NCBI RefSeq assembly: GCF_018350175.1
Contig: NC_058368.1
Coordinates: 224,256,001-224,320,000 of the forward strand
DNA from: Felis catus
Lineage: Eukaryota
DNA: 64,000 bases
Reading direction: 5' to 3'
The translations under genes were made by a program, and so were the position numbers. The notes beneath the pieces are model-generated. The model was not told where the DNA came from, did not search any database, and saw only the letters and a list, made by a program, of their open reading frames with translations. This document shows, in pieces, positions 23,430 to 37,437 of this stretch. Position 1 is the first letter of the stretch; each line of letters begins with the position of its first letter.

Positions 23430-24500
23430 TTAGGAAATTTCTTAGGACATACAGTAAAAATAAATAAATAGAACATACCAAAAAAAAAGATAAGACAAAA
23501 TAAGGGACGTGCCATAATGTTCAATATGCAAACAGTGGAAATTGCAAAGTGGGAAACAGAACATACAATGTGAAGATTTTCAGAGACAGAATATAAGACA
23601 AATTCAATATTGAAAAGCTGACTTTTATAGATTAAAAGTGCCTGCTATGTACTAAGCACAATGAATGAAAGGACGGTTAGTTAAAGATGTGTTACTAATA
23701 TTCCTGAATGAAAAAAGATAGAGGCCCTCTGATCTTGTGTGTGGGTGGGGGACAGGAATGGGTCAAATATAAAGGATCAAAAATTAAAGCAGAATCAGAC
23801 ACATAAACAGGAAAGCAGAAGTCGAGGGGAAAAAATAAGTGATACCTACATGGGGCACCTGGGTGGCTGAGTCAATTAAGCGTCCAACTCTTGATTTCAG
23901 CTCAGGTCATGATCTCACGGTTTGTGGGATACAGCCCCATGTTGGGTTCTGGGCTGACAGCGCTGAGTCTGCTTACAATTCTCTCTCTCCTCCTCCCCCA
24001 TTTATATGTTCATGCTCTTTCTCGCTCTCAAAATAAATAAATAAACTTAAAAAAATGAGCCATACCTTCAAACTTCTAAGGAAAAGTGATTTCCAATCTA
24101 GAATTCTATATCCAAACTATCCATCCAATAGAAGTTTAGGAAACAAGTTACTTTCCCACATACAGTTTCTCAAAAATTTGCCTTCTTTTCCTTCTAAGGA
24201 ATCTCCTGGAAGAAGGGATAAAATGAAAAACATGAGTTTCAGGAAATAGAAAATAAATACCTTCAGAAATGGAAGTAATGGGAAGTCCTTATGTGATCAT
24301 TTTACAACAGGCCTGGTGGAAAATTAGTCCAGGAGTTAGATCTGTATGAAAATAAATGGAACTAATGGAATATCTAGGCAGTTTAAGCACTTAGGAAAAC
24401 ATCTTGGTAAGTGTTTATATATCTGTTGATATATTTAAGGGAGTTTAAAAATAGGAATATAATAGAATAACTATAAGAAAAGCATATTATAAACTTCAAG
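23430..24500 (+). mobile_element. Very old L1/HAL1 ORF1-like relic interrupted by a SINE
   Basis: A-rich; TTCCAATCTAGAATTCTATATCCAAACTATC resembles the ORF1 C-terminal PRILYPAKL motif. Confidence 0.55.
23852..24055 (+). mobile_element. Can-SINE
   Basis: GGGGCACCTGGGTGGCTGAG head and tail. Confidence 0.93.
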
Positions 24501-25554
24501 AAAAGTATTTCTTTAAAGGACAGTTTTGTAAGTCGGCTGAGAAAAGAAATTTTCTGGATCAGCTATGAACATTCCCAATAGTTGAATCATTGATTATTAG
24601 TTTAATCAAAGACAATCGCAGAATAATGCTAGAGGAATAGTGGAAAAGAATGGGAAAAATATTACATAGTTACTTTTTCATTTACTATTGGTAAGTCAAT
24701 TGTTAAGTAATTGCCCCAAGTCAATAAATTATGAAATGGTCATAGAGCATACATTTAGAAAAATGGGGTGAATACGAAGAGAAAAAGCTAAAGTATGTGT
24801 GGAAGTCACCACCTCAGAGAAGTGGGGCCGTGAACAAGAATGTGGTCAGTTGAGACGTGGCTGTTTTTGTAACACCTTAATACCATTAAGGCTTGTGGTG
24901 TGTTCATTTATTAATTTGATTAAAAATTAGGAAACAGCACTATATTTAGGATAAATATTGGCAATGAAAGTTATTTTTAAAAAGCTATTAGCTAACATTT
25001 TAAGTAGCATAAATCTCTTCACCATAACCAATTACTGAAATGTTATGTTTGTCATCACACTAAGCTTTGTAAATAGAAGGATAAAGAAGTCAAACAATGA
25101 GTTAGATTTCTGTGAGTCCCAACGGTAATCTTTTTCTTGAGTGTGATTTGCTCATTTTCTATCCATCTGCTGTTTTTCTTACTGGAATCTGTCGCCCTCC
25201 ACTCAGAGACAATATTTATCACCAAACAATGCGAAATTCACACAGCCATACAACTAGAGGAACAATCATCACCTTGTCTGCAGCATAATAGTTTCCTAGA
25301 TTCAAAAGGATGTAGATCTTAATTAGTTCAGGAACCTGATTTTAAAAAGAAAATCTGAGATTAGGACAACTGAAGTGGCAAGATTAAGGATACATAGCCA
25401 GTACTGAGAACACTTTTAAGCATATAGTGGAAAGATTTGTATTTACTTAGTATGAATATATAATTCTTGTTAGAATTACCATATAAACATGATGAGTGAA
25501 TGTGCTTGTAATTATGATATCAAAACAGCCCCTACACTTAAAATGAGATCATTT

Positions 25555-25782
25555 AAAAAAATTTTTTAATGTTATTTATTATTCTGAGGGAGACAGAGAG
25601 TAAGAGAGAGAGAGAGTGTGTGAGCGGGGGAAAGGCAGAGAGCGGAGACAGAATCTGAAGCAGGCTCCAGGCTCTAAGCTGTCAGCACAGAGCCCGATCC
25701 ATGCAGGGATGGAACCACAGACCGTGAGGTCATGACCCGTGCTGAGTTGGAGCTTAACCGACTGAGCCACCCAGGCTTCCCC
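25555..25782 (-). mobile_element. Can-SINE
   Basis: Antisense SINE; TSD GAGATCA(T/C)TT. Confidence 0.93.
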
Positions 25783-25979
25783 GAGATCACTTTTAATATA
25801 CAGAAATAGTCTACTTAAGGTAGATGCAATATATTCAGAATCCATATTGGTTGTAGTAACGCTGTGAAACATTGATTGTCACATTCCGTTGTTCTAAGAA
25901 ATTTATATGATCTAATTTGTAACATTCATACATAGCAAAGACTTAGGAAAAACTCATCAACACTTCCTGTGGATGTTGT

Positions 25980-26170
25980 AGAGTAGATTTCAGGTGCTAT
26001 GATCACAAAAACAAACAAACAAACAAAGAAACAAAAAAAAAAACAGTCATTATGTGAAGAAAAGATACGTTAATTAGCTTGAGTGTAGGTAGTAACCATT
26101 TGCCTCTGTATATTTGCATCAAATCACCATGCTCTACAACTTAAACACTGACGATTTTTATTTAGAAACA
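25980..26170 (+). mobile_element. L1 extreme 3' end
   Basis: AGAGTAGATTTCAGGTG...TATGTGAAG...CATCAAATCACCATGCTCTACAACTTAAA. Confidence 0.7.
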
Positions 26171-26825
26171 AAAGCTAATTTAAGTTTTTAAATTATTGAC
26201 AGGAACTAACAATTGGATAGAAGATATTATTTTATAACACTATTAGTAGGAAAGGACTAACAATTGGTTTCCATGCTCTAATAGTGTAACACTCTAATTC
26301 CATACAATTGTGAAGATATAATTTGATCCATAGTTGTTAAAATCGTATAAATTATTATCCCTATCCCCAGTAGAATCTATTGCATGTTTAACCAGGTATC
26401 AGTCTTAGACTCCACCTATGTCTGAGAAATTAGTCTGATGGACGTCAGTGTACTTTATTAGTTTTTCTTCCCCTTCCTGCTTTGTTTATTTATACTTTCC
26501 CCATAGTCTCCTAATTAAAACTCTCAAGCTTTTATGAATACTTATCTTTATATTAATGAATTCTAAGCCACACCCCAAACACATTTAAAATGTGAGGCTA
26601 AAATCAAAAGTAAATGTTTGTTCACAAACACGTTCGGTGCGTCCCAAATTACACATATTACATACACTACCACACACACGTTATTTAGAATAAATGTGAG
26701 TATGGCAATATTCCAAAAAAATCACGATAGCAAATTCCGAATTCATTCTCTTCCTCATTCATTCTTTCAGAAGAGAAAATGGCCCCCCACACTGGCCATA
26801 TTTCCCCCAAAGAAGAATATTTTAG

Positions 26826-26892
26826 GTACCAGTGATCTGTGTACCAGTGATGAACATCACCAGTGAAGAACATCTGTGTACCAGTGATGAAC
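26826..26892. repeat. Irregular micro-duplication (ACCAGTGA x4)
   Basis: ATCTGTGTACCAGTGATGAAC exact at 26835-26855 and 26872-26892. Confidence 0.9.
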
Positions 26893-28925
26893 TAGACCTC
26901 TTTCAATTGGCTCTGATTTTTAAATTGCCACCATTAGCACTTCTTCTTGATGCCACCACAGGTCCCTGATTTCCTCTATGGTGTCCCATTGGGCATTGCT
27001 GTGCTATCTCAAGCCTCCTGCATTAACTGCGCATTCCACTCTCTTTTTGCCTTTTGCCAAGAGAGCTAAAGCTTTTTCGCTACCGCTACTTCCTTCCGTA
27101 CTCGTGTGACACCTCCACTTGAATATAGTGGGTTGCAATTTCCTATCTGCCAAGTAAAAGTCCACTTTGAGAGATAATATGAAGAAGGAACCAAACGGCT
27201 GAGTCCGGGAAGTCAGAAGTTTGAGAGTCTTTGTTGTTTATCTTCACGGTGGTTCGTGTGCACTCAAACGTGTGCACTCCACTGGCTCTCCTGGTTTCAT
27301 TGTGCTCTCCCTTTCTCTGTAGCCTTGATCCTCATGCCAGCCTACCCGAGTTATAATTCACATAAGCCAATGAAAAGAGATTGGAGGCAGGTCTGAGGTA
27401 ATTTATCATACCTGCAGAGAGGCCAACTCTCCTTGAGTCTATGATGTCATTTCTTGAAATTTGTGTCTTATATATTGAAGTCAAGGTACTCAATTATTGT
27501 ATACCCAAATACACCAAAAATATGTGTTCACTCCATTAATGAAGGAAGAACCAACATGTGGAATAAATTCCACTCTTCCAGAGTGCTTAATCTTCTCAAA
27601 GCAAGCGACGGGGAGATAAGCGAATGAAACTGGGTTCCTCTAATTGCTGAGAGATAAAACATAATGCTGCATTTCTGTCTGTCCAAATACTGCTGATCTT
27701 ATAAGATAATGTTTACATTATACTCATTCCACAATCCTTTTCTAGAGTCACCAGTGAAAAATGCTACTTTCTTTCCTCCCTCCCATTTACCAAATTATAT
27801 TATAGCAATTATATGGGATCATAATAATCAACTTAATCAACTTGCAAATGATTATAATGGGACTTATGCATTTGGCAGAAAGGGATACCTTCATAATTGA
27901 GGACTCTAAAATTGCCTTTTCACTGAGTTACACTACTTTCTAAATGCACTCTTTTCCATTCCAATTTATTCTATAGTCACAAGACTAACATTAGGAAAAA
28001 ATAAATACCACCATTTCAGAGATCTATTTAAACACTCCCAAACCTCCTCATTTCTTTAAAGACCAAAATCGAAGTTCTCTTTTTGGCATGTGAGGCACCT
28101 AAAAATAGTGTGTAATTATTCCTTAGAGCCCCTGCCTATAGCAAGCTCGATACTTTTCATGACAAGAAGTGATGAAGGCAGGGGAGCCACAAGGAAGACA
28201 GAATGGCCTTTACATTTCCACTTATAACTCTGTGTGCCTGTCTCTAAAATAATAGCCCTCGTGCCATTCAAAAATTAGCTTGAGCATAACCTTTAACATG
28301 GGTGATCCCCACCCTCAATCTACCTCTTGACAATACCTGATAATTGCGGAAACTCCAACTCATAGGTTAGAATAGCTACATGAATCTGAGGTGCCATTTC
28401 TCGGTTTTAAAGCTAGCTTTGGGTCAAATGCATTTAATAGCTTCACCTTCCAAAGAAGACTTCTTTTTTTCTTTCATAGACTAAGTAACAGGGCTGACCT
28501 TATTCGTATAATAAAATGTCATCCTGTCACAGAAGCTTGCAAACATTCCAAAACAAGCTCATTAGCAAATAATGATGCCAAAAGAGTAACTTTTTTAATG
28601 TCAGTAAATACATTTTACAGCCTTCGTATAATTTGTGAAAAGCAGTGTAATTATCAGAGTTCTACCTTTCTCTGTAGAGAAAGAAAAAAATCTGTAAAAA
28701 CTTTAAAAGTTATATTTAAAACATAAAGCGAATCAATGATTCTTCTTTCTCCCAGTATGAAAGATTTCCTAATGAGATTCTAAACCTTAAGTGACCGATT
28801 TACACGACTCTGCCTGTTGATATATAATGAGAATGAAAAGGTGATAAAAATTTCAGTAATATAACCTCCGGTTAAAATCCTGAGCGTGTCTCCAGATTAC
28901 CTTGGAGATATTGCTCCTTAACCAA

Positions 28926-28929
<4 letters not shown>

Positions 28930-28965
<36 letters not shown>
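28930..28965. repeat. (CA)n microsatellite
   Basis: Directly visible. Confidence 0.95.
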
Positions 28966-28966
<1 letters not shown>

Positions 28967-29452
28967 AAAACAAAACAAGCAACAGGAATGTTGAATGATA
29001 AAAATTACCATTGTCCAATTACCATTTTCTGTACTGTCTATACAGAATAAATACCACTGGCATCTATTCTGTGTGGTGTTGACTCTAAAATGTGTCTTGG
29101 CCACATTGATGCGAAAGTGCTGAAATGTACTGGAGCAACAGTCCAGTTTAACAAGTTTCCTGAATACCCACTTTTGGTATCCAGTTTAAGTTGTGGGTAA
29201 GTAGAAACTGACATTTTAAAGAGCCTGTCTTTATTAAGGTAGACAGGTAAATATAATCGTAAAATAAAATGATGCAATACCTATTTGAAGTCTTCGTAAC
29301 TGAAGCAATGCTTTAGCAATATTTGAGAATTATTTGCTATGAATTAACTAGAGATAAAGACTGGAGAAAACAATTCCATAAATAGAAACTGCACGATATA
29401 GGCAAGAAGGCATGGAACAATATAGTACCTGCAAAGGAGAAAAAAAATGACC

Positions 29453-29470
29453 TTTTTTAAAATGTTGATT

Positions 29471-29557
<87 letters not shown>

Positions 29558-29723
29558 ATGTGAGTGGGGTGGGGCGGAGAGAGAGGAAGACACAGAATCC
29601 GAGGCAGGCTCCAGGCTCTGAGCTGTCAGCACAGAGCCAGATGCGGAACTTGAACTTGTGAACCACGAGATCATGACCTGAGCTGAAGTCTGACACTTAA
29701 CTGACTGAGCCACCTAGACGCCC
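29453..29723 (-). mobile_element. Can-SINE with (TG)n(AG)n expansion
   Basis: TSD GAAAAAAAATGA at 29439-29450 and 29725-29736. Confidence 0.95.
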
Positions 29724-30512
29724 TGAAAAAAAATGATTTTTTTCAAGGTCATATATTTGAAGGATTTTTATCAATCTACTTGGATTATGTAATATGGCCA
29801 TTATTTCATTTCATATGTTTTAGGGGTTAATACAATTTTTCTTCAGTTTGTGAAGACTGAAAAATAAAAGCCATACCAGAGAGAGTAATTCTTATAAAGA
29901 TAATAGGGAATATTGAGTATATCTGTCAAATAATACACCATTTGGTCCTTCATCTTTTTTTTCCTAATATACAGTGCTATAAGCCCCTTTGAAATACATC
30001 ATATATTTGGATGCATGCTAGACGGTATATTTGGCATTATTTTAACTTTATAACAGATTTCCCTAGGACATAATAAAAATAAATGAACTGCATAAAGTTT
30101 CTAGGTTAAAATGTGATAGGATTAGAAAAAAAAAACCCTTATATAATAATAGTTTTAGTGTGCTTTAACAGCCACAGTGGCCCTAAGCAGAGGTAGATGA
30201 TTACGACTTAATGAAAATTTCTAAGTGGCTCAACTCTCTCTCCCACTTTCTGACAACTTCCCTGTACCCTGTGGTCTAAGATTCTAGACATTCTAAAATC
30301 TCCTAAGGGAACTAAAAGAAGAGAAAATATTAACAAATGATAATTACCTGTTATTTTCACTGAATGAAATGAAAATCAAAACAGAATCTGTGAAATCTAA
30401 TGTGGCGTGTCTTGTGGGAGATATAGATTATGAATATTTGTTTTCACATTTGTAACTTTTCAAGGAGAAATAGTATAAATATAGATGGCTGCTAAACAAT
30501 CAGCTTAAGATA

Positions 30513-32040
30513 ACTATACTAAAAACCTGTAGTCATCAAAACAGTATGTCACTGGCACAAAAATCGACACACAGATCAATGGAACAGAGTCAAGAGCTCA
30601 GAAAAAAACCCTCACATGAACATTAATATTTGAGCCAAGAATACTTAATGACAAAAAGAAAGTCTCTTCAATGAAAGGCACTAAGAAAACTGCATAATCA
30701 CATATAGAAGAATGGAATTGGATCCCTATCATAAACCACTAATAAAAATTAACTTGAAATGGACTAACAACTTAAACATAAGACATGAAACCATAAAACT
30801 CCTAGAGGAATAAATAGGGGAAATTTCCTTGACATTGGTCTTGGCAATAATTTTTTGAATATGAAACAAAGAGCAAAGGCACCAAAAGCAAAACTAAATA
30901 CATATGACTACATTAAACTAAAAAGCATCATCTGCACAGCAAAAGAGACAACAAAATGAAAAGACAACCTACAGAATGGGAGAAAATATGTGTAAATCAT
31001 ATGTCTGATAATAGGCTAATAATATCCAAAATATAAAATAAAGTACCACAACTCAATAGCAAATAGCTAACATTCAGATTTAAAAATGAGCAGAATAACT
31101 GAAAAGACATTTCTCAAAAGAAGACAGAAAATGACTAACAGGTACATGAAAAGATGCTCAGCATCACTGCAGGAAAACGCAAATCAAAACTACAGTGAGA
31201 TATTTAGCACCTCATACCTGTTAAAATGACTATCACAAAAAAAAAAGGAGAGACAAGCGTTGGTGATGATAAGGAATAAAGGAAAACCTTGTGCACTGTT
31301 GGAAGGAATGCAAACTAGTCAGTCATTATGGAAAACAGTATGGAGATTCCTCAAAAAATTAAAAATGTTATTATTAGTAATTCCACCATTGGGTATATAT
31401 TCAAAGGAAATTAAGTCAGGATGTTGAAGACATATCCACATTCCCATGTTTGCTGCAGCATTTTTCACAATAGCCAGCAGAGGGAAACAACCTGAGTGAT
31501 TATCTATGGATGAACAGATAGAGAACATATACACGATGGAATATTATTTACCAACGAGAAAGAAGGAAATCTTGCCCTTTGTGACGACAGGGATGGACTT
31601 TGATGGCATTATCCGAAGTGAAAGGACTCAGACAGAGAAAGGCAGATACTGTATAATATTACTTATATGTGGAATCTGTAAAAGGCACACTCCTAGAAAG
31701 AGAGTAGAATGATGGGTGCCAGGGTCTAACTGGTGGAGTAAAATGAGACGATGTTGGCCAAGGGGAGCAAACTTCTTGTTGTAAGAGGAATACGTTCTGG
31801 GGATCTAGTGCACAAGGGGGTGATTATAGTTACCAATATTGTATTATGTACTTGAAAGTGGCTAAGAGCAGGCCCTAAATGTTCCCATCACGAAAAATAA
31901 ATAATTATGTCAGGTAATCAAGGTGTTAACTAACCTACTGTAGTAGTCATTTCACAATACATAAATGTATCTTTTCAACACACCGTACGCAACAAAGAAC
32001 ACAGCATTTTGTATCAATTACATCTCCATAAAGCTATAAG
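30513..32040 (+). mobile_element. 5'-truncated L1 (ORF2 3' part plus 3' UTR, L1MA9/L1_Carn-like)
   Basis: ATCAAAACAGTATG...GATCAATGGAACAGA...GGAAAACAGTATGGAGATTCCTC...3' UTR; many stops and frameshifts. Confidence 0.93.
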
Positions 32041-33604
32041 GAATTTTATAAAATTCTCTTATCATCTCACCATTTTACTAAACTTAATAATTACCCCCAT
32101 ACTAGTGGATATTGATAGGCATCCCATATTGCCATTTTTGTTATTATTTTCTAATAGGATTGAGCCAAATGTAAAGTGTATGTTAGGTTATCCCTGTGCA
32201 AAAGTACCTCACCATTGTAAACATAAAATTAGATCTTTATCTAACTAATTTGGCTACAAAATTGACTTTTCTTCAAGTTACTGAGTGTAAGAGATGTGTT
32301 AATCCACAACTGCACTAGTATAATTTTAAGGCCTATTTGCTAATGCAAAAAATCAGATCTTGTTAAGAGAAAGAAATATTCGCATAAAGAAAGAAATCAA
32401 TTTTCCAATAAAGAAGCTAAGATCCCCAAAAAATAAAGAGAAAACCATAAAATTTCTTATCAATAAAACTCTGGTGCTCTCTATATCTTGTTGTTTGCAC
32501 CAATGTCTCAACATCAGTTTTTGCTGGCTCATGATATATACGTGACAATGTAACAGGGTGCTAAGTACAGACTGACCATTATTCTTCACCAATGGAGAAA
32601 AGATAGTAAATAAGGTGAAATATAAAGAACGTGTACTAGGGATACTCTGGATAATTCATTTTTCAAACATGTATTGTTTTGTTTGTTACAAACACAAATT
32701 TCCCTTTACCTATAGATGTTCTTATTCAATTTCTGTTGTCTTTTTTTTTAACTTACATTTTAAGAAATTTAATCCTGGAACTTGATTTTATATCATCATT
32801 GGAATTTCAATGAATACTGTTTTCTATGCTTTACTGTCCAGTAATTCTATGATGTAACTCAAACTGATAATCAACGTGTTTATTTTTAATTACATATCCA
32901 AATAATGAGAAAATGTCCCCTTAGGTGTTACTGAGCGTAAATATTTTTTTTAATTATTACCTAAAAGATACTCAAAGGAGATATTATTCTTAAACACTGA
33001 GATCTTAACTGTACAGCCAAATTTATTTTCTGTAAAATTATGAAAAATCTACTCATGCTATAGATTCTATCCTGCCATAAAATTGTCTTTCCTTGATATT
33101 CAAATTGTGATAGCAAAGAAGTCTAGTAATCAACCTTTTAAGAGTTAATTCACCCAATAAACACCTGGTCCATGGAGAAAAGTAGAGTAGAATTAGTTAG
33201 ATTCTCAAATTATGAGCAAATTAAAGTCAGGCCTGAACCTTCTACATTTTTTCATGGTCCAGAAAAGGCACCTCAAGCTGGAGAACAGAGATTTCTATGG
33301 CTTAAGAGGAGGCTATGGATCAATGAGTTATACAATAATCTCAAAAGACAGTGATAAATCTATGCTCTTTGCAGCAATTGGTTTTACTTTGAAATTAAAA
33401 GCATAGTTAAATTTTGTATAAAGAAATTGTATATAAAGGAAAAGCTTATCATGAAGATATACTTGTTGCAAGCATAAATTATCGAAAAGTTTAGAAGGCA
33501 CATTGTGAAAACCAGCTAGCGTGTTTCCATCCCATTGCACTTTCGGGTGCTTCTTGAGAACTGGGTGGTGTGAATACATACACCGTTACGACAGGCAAGA
33601 CACG

Positions 33605-34000
33605 ACCTAACCTGGGTTACCTCAAAATACCACAGACCTTTGACAGGAACTTGTTTCCTCACAGCTCTGAAGGCTAGACGAACTATATCAAGTTTCCAAA
33701 ATGGTTATTTCTGGTAAGACCTCTCTTTCAGGTTTGTAGATAGCTGCTTTCTCACCATGTTCTCATATGGCAGGGAGAGAGGGAAAATGGGGGTGGGACA
33801 GAAAGAGAGAGAATGAGAGACAAGAAAGAAAGAGAGAGCACGAGCTCTGGTGTCTCTTCTTATAAAGCACTAATCCCATCATGAAGATCTTGCTCTCACG
33901 ACCCTATCTAAACCTACTTCTATTTCAAAGGCCCCGTCTCCAAATGTTATCATATGAGGTTTAGGGCCTTGAGGTAGCAATTTGGGTGGGGGGGACAGGT
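33605..34000 (-). mobile_element. MaLR LTR (MLT1A-like)
   Basis: AAAATACCACAGAC...TCTCTTCTTATAAAGCACTAATCCCATCATGA...CAAAGGCCCCGTCTCCAAA. Confidence 0.85.
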
Positions 34001-34227
34001 AAATCTATTAAAGTTAAACAAATTAGCTTTCTTAATTTTCACAGTAATCCAAAAAGTGGGGAAAATTATTTTTCCAACTTTATAGGTCAAAAGAGTGGGG
34101 TAGAGAAGTGTTCAAATGGGCAGTCACAGAAAGTAGGAAAGTTGTATGAGAACTCAGGAAGTCATCTTTCAAGGGTCTGTGCTCACACCACATCACCATA
34201 TTACCATTTAAATGGCCCACACACTAT

Positions 34228-34430
34228 GGGGCGCCTGGGTGGCTTGGTCCCTTAAGCCTCCGACTTTGGCTCAGGTCATGATCTCATGGTTTGTGGGTTC
34301 AAGCCATGCGCCTGGCTCTGTGCTGACAACTCAGAGACTGGAGCCTGCTTCAAATTCTGTGTCTCCCTTTCTCTGCGCCTCCCTAGTTTGTGCTCTCTGT
34401 CTGTCAAAAATAAATGTTTAAAAAAAAATT
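34228..34430 (+). mobile_element. Can-SINE
   Basis: TSD AAA(T/C)GGCCCACACACTAT at 34210-34227 and 34431-34448. Confidence 0.96.
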
Positions 34431-34859
34431 AAACGGCCCACACACTATTAACATAGAATTAAAACAGCACATATTGTGAAACTTATAAAGTTTATGTATT
34501 AATTCTGACGCTATATTCCTAAATATGGGTCTGTAATTGAAACACCAAGTTAAGAAGTTGCTTTTAACTCTAAGTTTTGGACTAAATGTATAATTTTGAT
34601 GGATATAAGTACAAGTGAGCTTTGCAAACCACCTATATCAGTATCTTTTAGATTTAACATATTAAGAGCTACAGTTAGTAAAGATTCGATTTTAAAATAA
34701 TTAAATACAAAATAAATTTATTTAATAATCCAGGGTAAATAAAAATATTTAAACCATCTGAACTGGTTTCACTTCCAGGTGCATATGGTACCTGATCAGT
34801 GCTTCTGTCTATAAATTTGTAAAGCAAAACAAAATGGACGAAATAAAATAAATTATCTG

Positions 34860-35368
34860 TATGAAAGCCAGAGAGTCCTGCTGAAGCAGAAAGAGACTGG
34901 AGTCCAGCGACTCATTCAAAGATGACAAAGACTTTCAAAGATGCGAGCTGGGCTCGGTAACCACTTTTTCCTGGGGACATTTGCTACTTTTGAGTGCAAG
35001 CACGAGGTTGAACACACTGTTACCCACTACAGACGACTGCCTTGAGAATGAGGGCACCATTAGAAAACCCAAAATAGCTTCTGATAGACCCCTGGGGCCT
35101 CTGACACATTGCCCCTCAGGAAGTTTGCTTACCAGTGGGTCCATGTGGAGCAGGAAACTAAAAATGAGTATGCAAAGGCTAGGAAAAAAAAATGTGGGTT
35201 TTTACAGTCTTGTGAAATAAAAGACTAGAGTTTAAGACGCCACAACATAGAGAAACCCTGCAGTTGTATATTAGGCTCTTAGATGAAACAGAGAAGTACT
35301 AATGGTGAATATGAGCCAACCCTCATTAAGGCTATAACTCAGTCTCCATCCAACACAATCCCTGATTG
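34860..35368 (+). mobile_element. Probable old L1 5'-region relic
   Basis: Motifs such as GAGCCAACCCTCA...CAATCCCTGATTG recall L1M 5' ends; tentative. Confidence 0.4.
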
Positions 35369-35740
35369 TCTTTGTCTGCTTAAGCTGTAATAATAATAAA
35401 AAAAAAATACCACAGATTAGATGACTTAAATTTAATTTCTCATGATTTTTGGACCCACAAAGTGCAAGTTTTCATAGGACTCAGTTTTTGGTGAGATCTC
35501 ACTTCCTAGTTTGCAATAGCTGCTTTCTCCCTGTGCCCTTACTTGGGAGAGAGGGAAGAGAAAGGCAGACAGACAGACAGGCAGACACACACACAAATCC
35601 ACACACACACACACAGAAAGAGAAAATATCAAGAGGAGGAGGAGAAGAAGATCAGTGCTGTCTTCTTATTTATTTTTTTTTAATTTTTAATGTTTATTTT
35701 TTTTTGAGAGAGAGAGACAGAACATGAGTGGGGGAAGAGC

Positions 35741-35785
<45 letters not shown>

Positions 35786-36075
35786 CTGAAGCAGGCTCCA
35801 GGCTCTGAACTGTCAGCACAGAGCCCGATGTGGGGCTCGAACCCACAAACTGTGCGATCATGACCTGAGCTGAAGTCGGAGGCTCAACCGACAGAGCCAC
35901 CCAGCTGCCCCATGTCTTCTTTTTTAATAAAGACACTGGTTCTATGGGATAGAGCTCCCTCATTAACACTTCATTTAATATTGACCACCTCCTTATATCT
36001 CTAGCTTTGGTAAATCACATGGGAAGTTAGGGCTTCAACATATGAATTTTGTGGGACGCAATTCACTCTATAGCG
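35368..36075 (-). mobile_element. MaLR LTR (MLT1A-like) split by a SINE
   Basis: AAATACCACAGA...GTTAGGGCTTCAACATATGAATTTTG...CAATTCACTCTATAGC. Confidence 0.85.
35668..35911 (-). mobile_element. Can-SINE nested in MLT1
   Basis: TSD TGTCTTCTT at 35659-35667 and 35913-35921. Confidence 0.95.
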
Positions 36076-36307
36076 CTGACTGCCTTAAAATGATCTCAGA
36101 ATAATTAATTCTATTATAACACCATCATTTTTAGCCCAATACTATTTTTCTTTCAAATAGATATATATGTTGACTAGTATTCAATCCACACTTACTATGC
36201 AGATTAGAAAACATAATAACATGGCCAAATGAAGGAGGGGGATAAAAAGCTGATCATGAAAAGAAACCCACACACACTCCAGATATAAGAGTTAACTAAA
36301 ACAAACT

Positions 36308-36612
36308 TTGTGGCATGCAACCTTCCAAGATGGTTCCCAATGTCCCTGCCCCTGGTTTATACAACCTTCTTCCACTTACTCATTGAAACACCAACCTAGG
36401 TACAGCTGCAAAGAGATTCTGCAGATGTAACTAATGAAGATATTGAGATGATTCTTGCTGAGACTGATTCAATCAAGCGAGGCCTCGCACAAGGTTCCTC
36501 ATACAAAATGGCTTTGGAAGATGACAGAGATTCTCTGTGTGAGGTAAATTCTCTGTTGCTGACTTAGAAGATAGAGGGAGCCATGTAGCAAGAAATTTGA
36601 ACAGGTGCCTAA
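36308..36612 (+). mobile_element. MaLR LTR fragment (MLT1E/F-like)
   Basis: TGTGGCATGCAACCTTCCAAGATGG...TGCAGATGTAACTAA...GAGCCATGTAGCAAG. Confidence 0.75.
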
Positions 36613-36694
36613 GTTATCATGATTAAATATTGGGGTGGAATGAAATATATATGTGGAATGAAATATATAAAATGAAATATGTAATGAATATAAT

Positions 36695-37225
36695 ATATAC
36701 GATGAAGTATTATTGAACATAAAAAAGGAGGAAATCCTGCTATTTGCAACATATGCATAAACATGGAGGACATTACACTCCATGAAATAAGCAAGACACA
36801 GGAACACAAATACCGCCTGATTCACTTATATGTGGAATCTAAAACACTCAATGCATAGATGCAGAGAGTAGAATGATGGTTTCCAGGGGCAGTGAGAGGG
36901 GGAAATGGATAGATATCAGTCAGAGGGTATCAAAGTTCAGTTACGCAAGATGAATAAGATCTAGAGATTTAATGTACTGCAACATTACTAGAGTTAACAA
37001 TCCCATATTATGTGCCTGAAATTTGCTAAGGGGGTAGATTTTGAGTGTTCTTGCCATGTAAAGAAAAAAGAAAGAAAATAGTAACTATGTGAAGTGATGC
37101 TTATATTAATCAGCCTGATTGTGGTGATCATTTCTTAACGCATACATGTATCAAAACGTCAAGGTGTCTATGTAAATATACACAATCCCTATTTGTGGAT
37201 CATACATCAAGAAAACTGAAAAAGT
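36695..37225 (+). mobile_element. L1MA9-like 3' end
   Basis: GGAAATCCTGCTATTTGCAAC...CACTTATATGTGGAATCT...GTAACTATGTGAAGTGATG. Confidence 0.9.
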
Positions 37226-37437
37226 TGCCGGTATAAATATTCAAATTAAGATATTCTCTCTCTCAGTCTGTTTGTTTTGGCTTTTCCTAATAACAACAAC
37301 AAATATGCCACTAAAACTGCATGTAGATATTTGGGATTTTATCCTACTGCAAAATAAAATAATAGGCTATAATGAAGAATTTGTTAAACAAGGTAATAAA
37401 AACAATGAGACAGAAGCAAGCTAAAATTTCTAATTAA

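Noticed and set aside
26826..26892. Repeat-spacer pattern resembling CRISPR
   Set aside because: Irregular, overlapping units without unique spacers, in mammalian DNA with no cas genes
28400..28700. TAAT/ATTA-rich possible enhancer
   Set aside because: Such motifs are expected in AT-rich DNA and conservation cannot be assessed here
32353..33579. Short ORFs in non-repeat sequence
   Set aside because: No recognisable domain and no convincing splice-site pairs; lengths expected by chance
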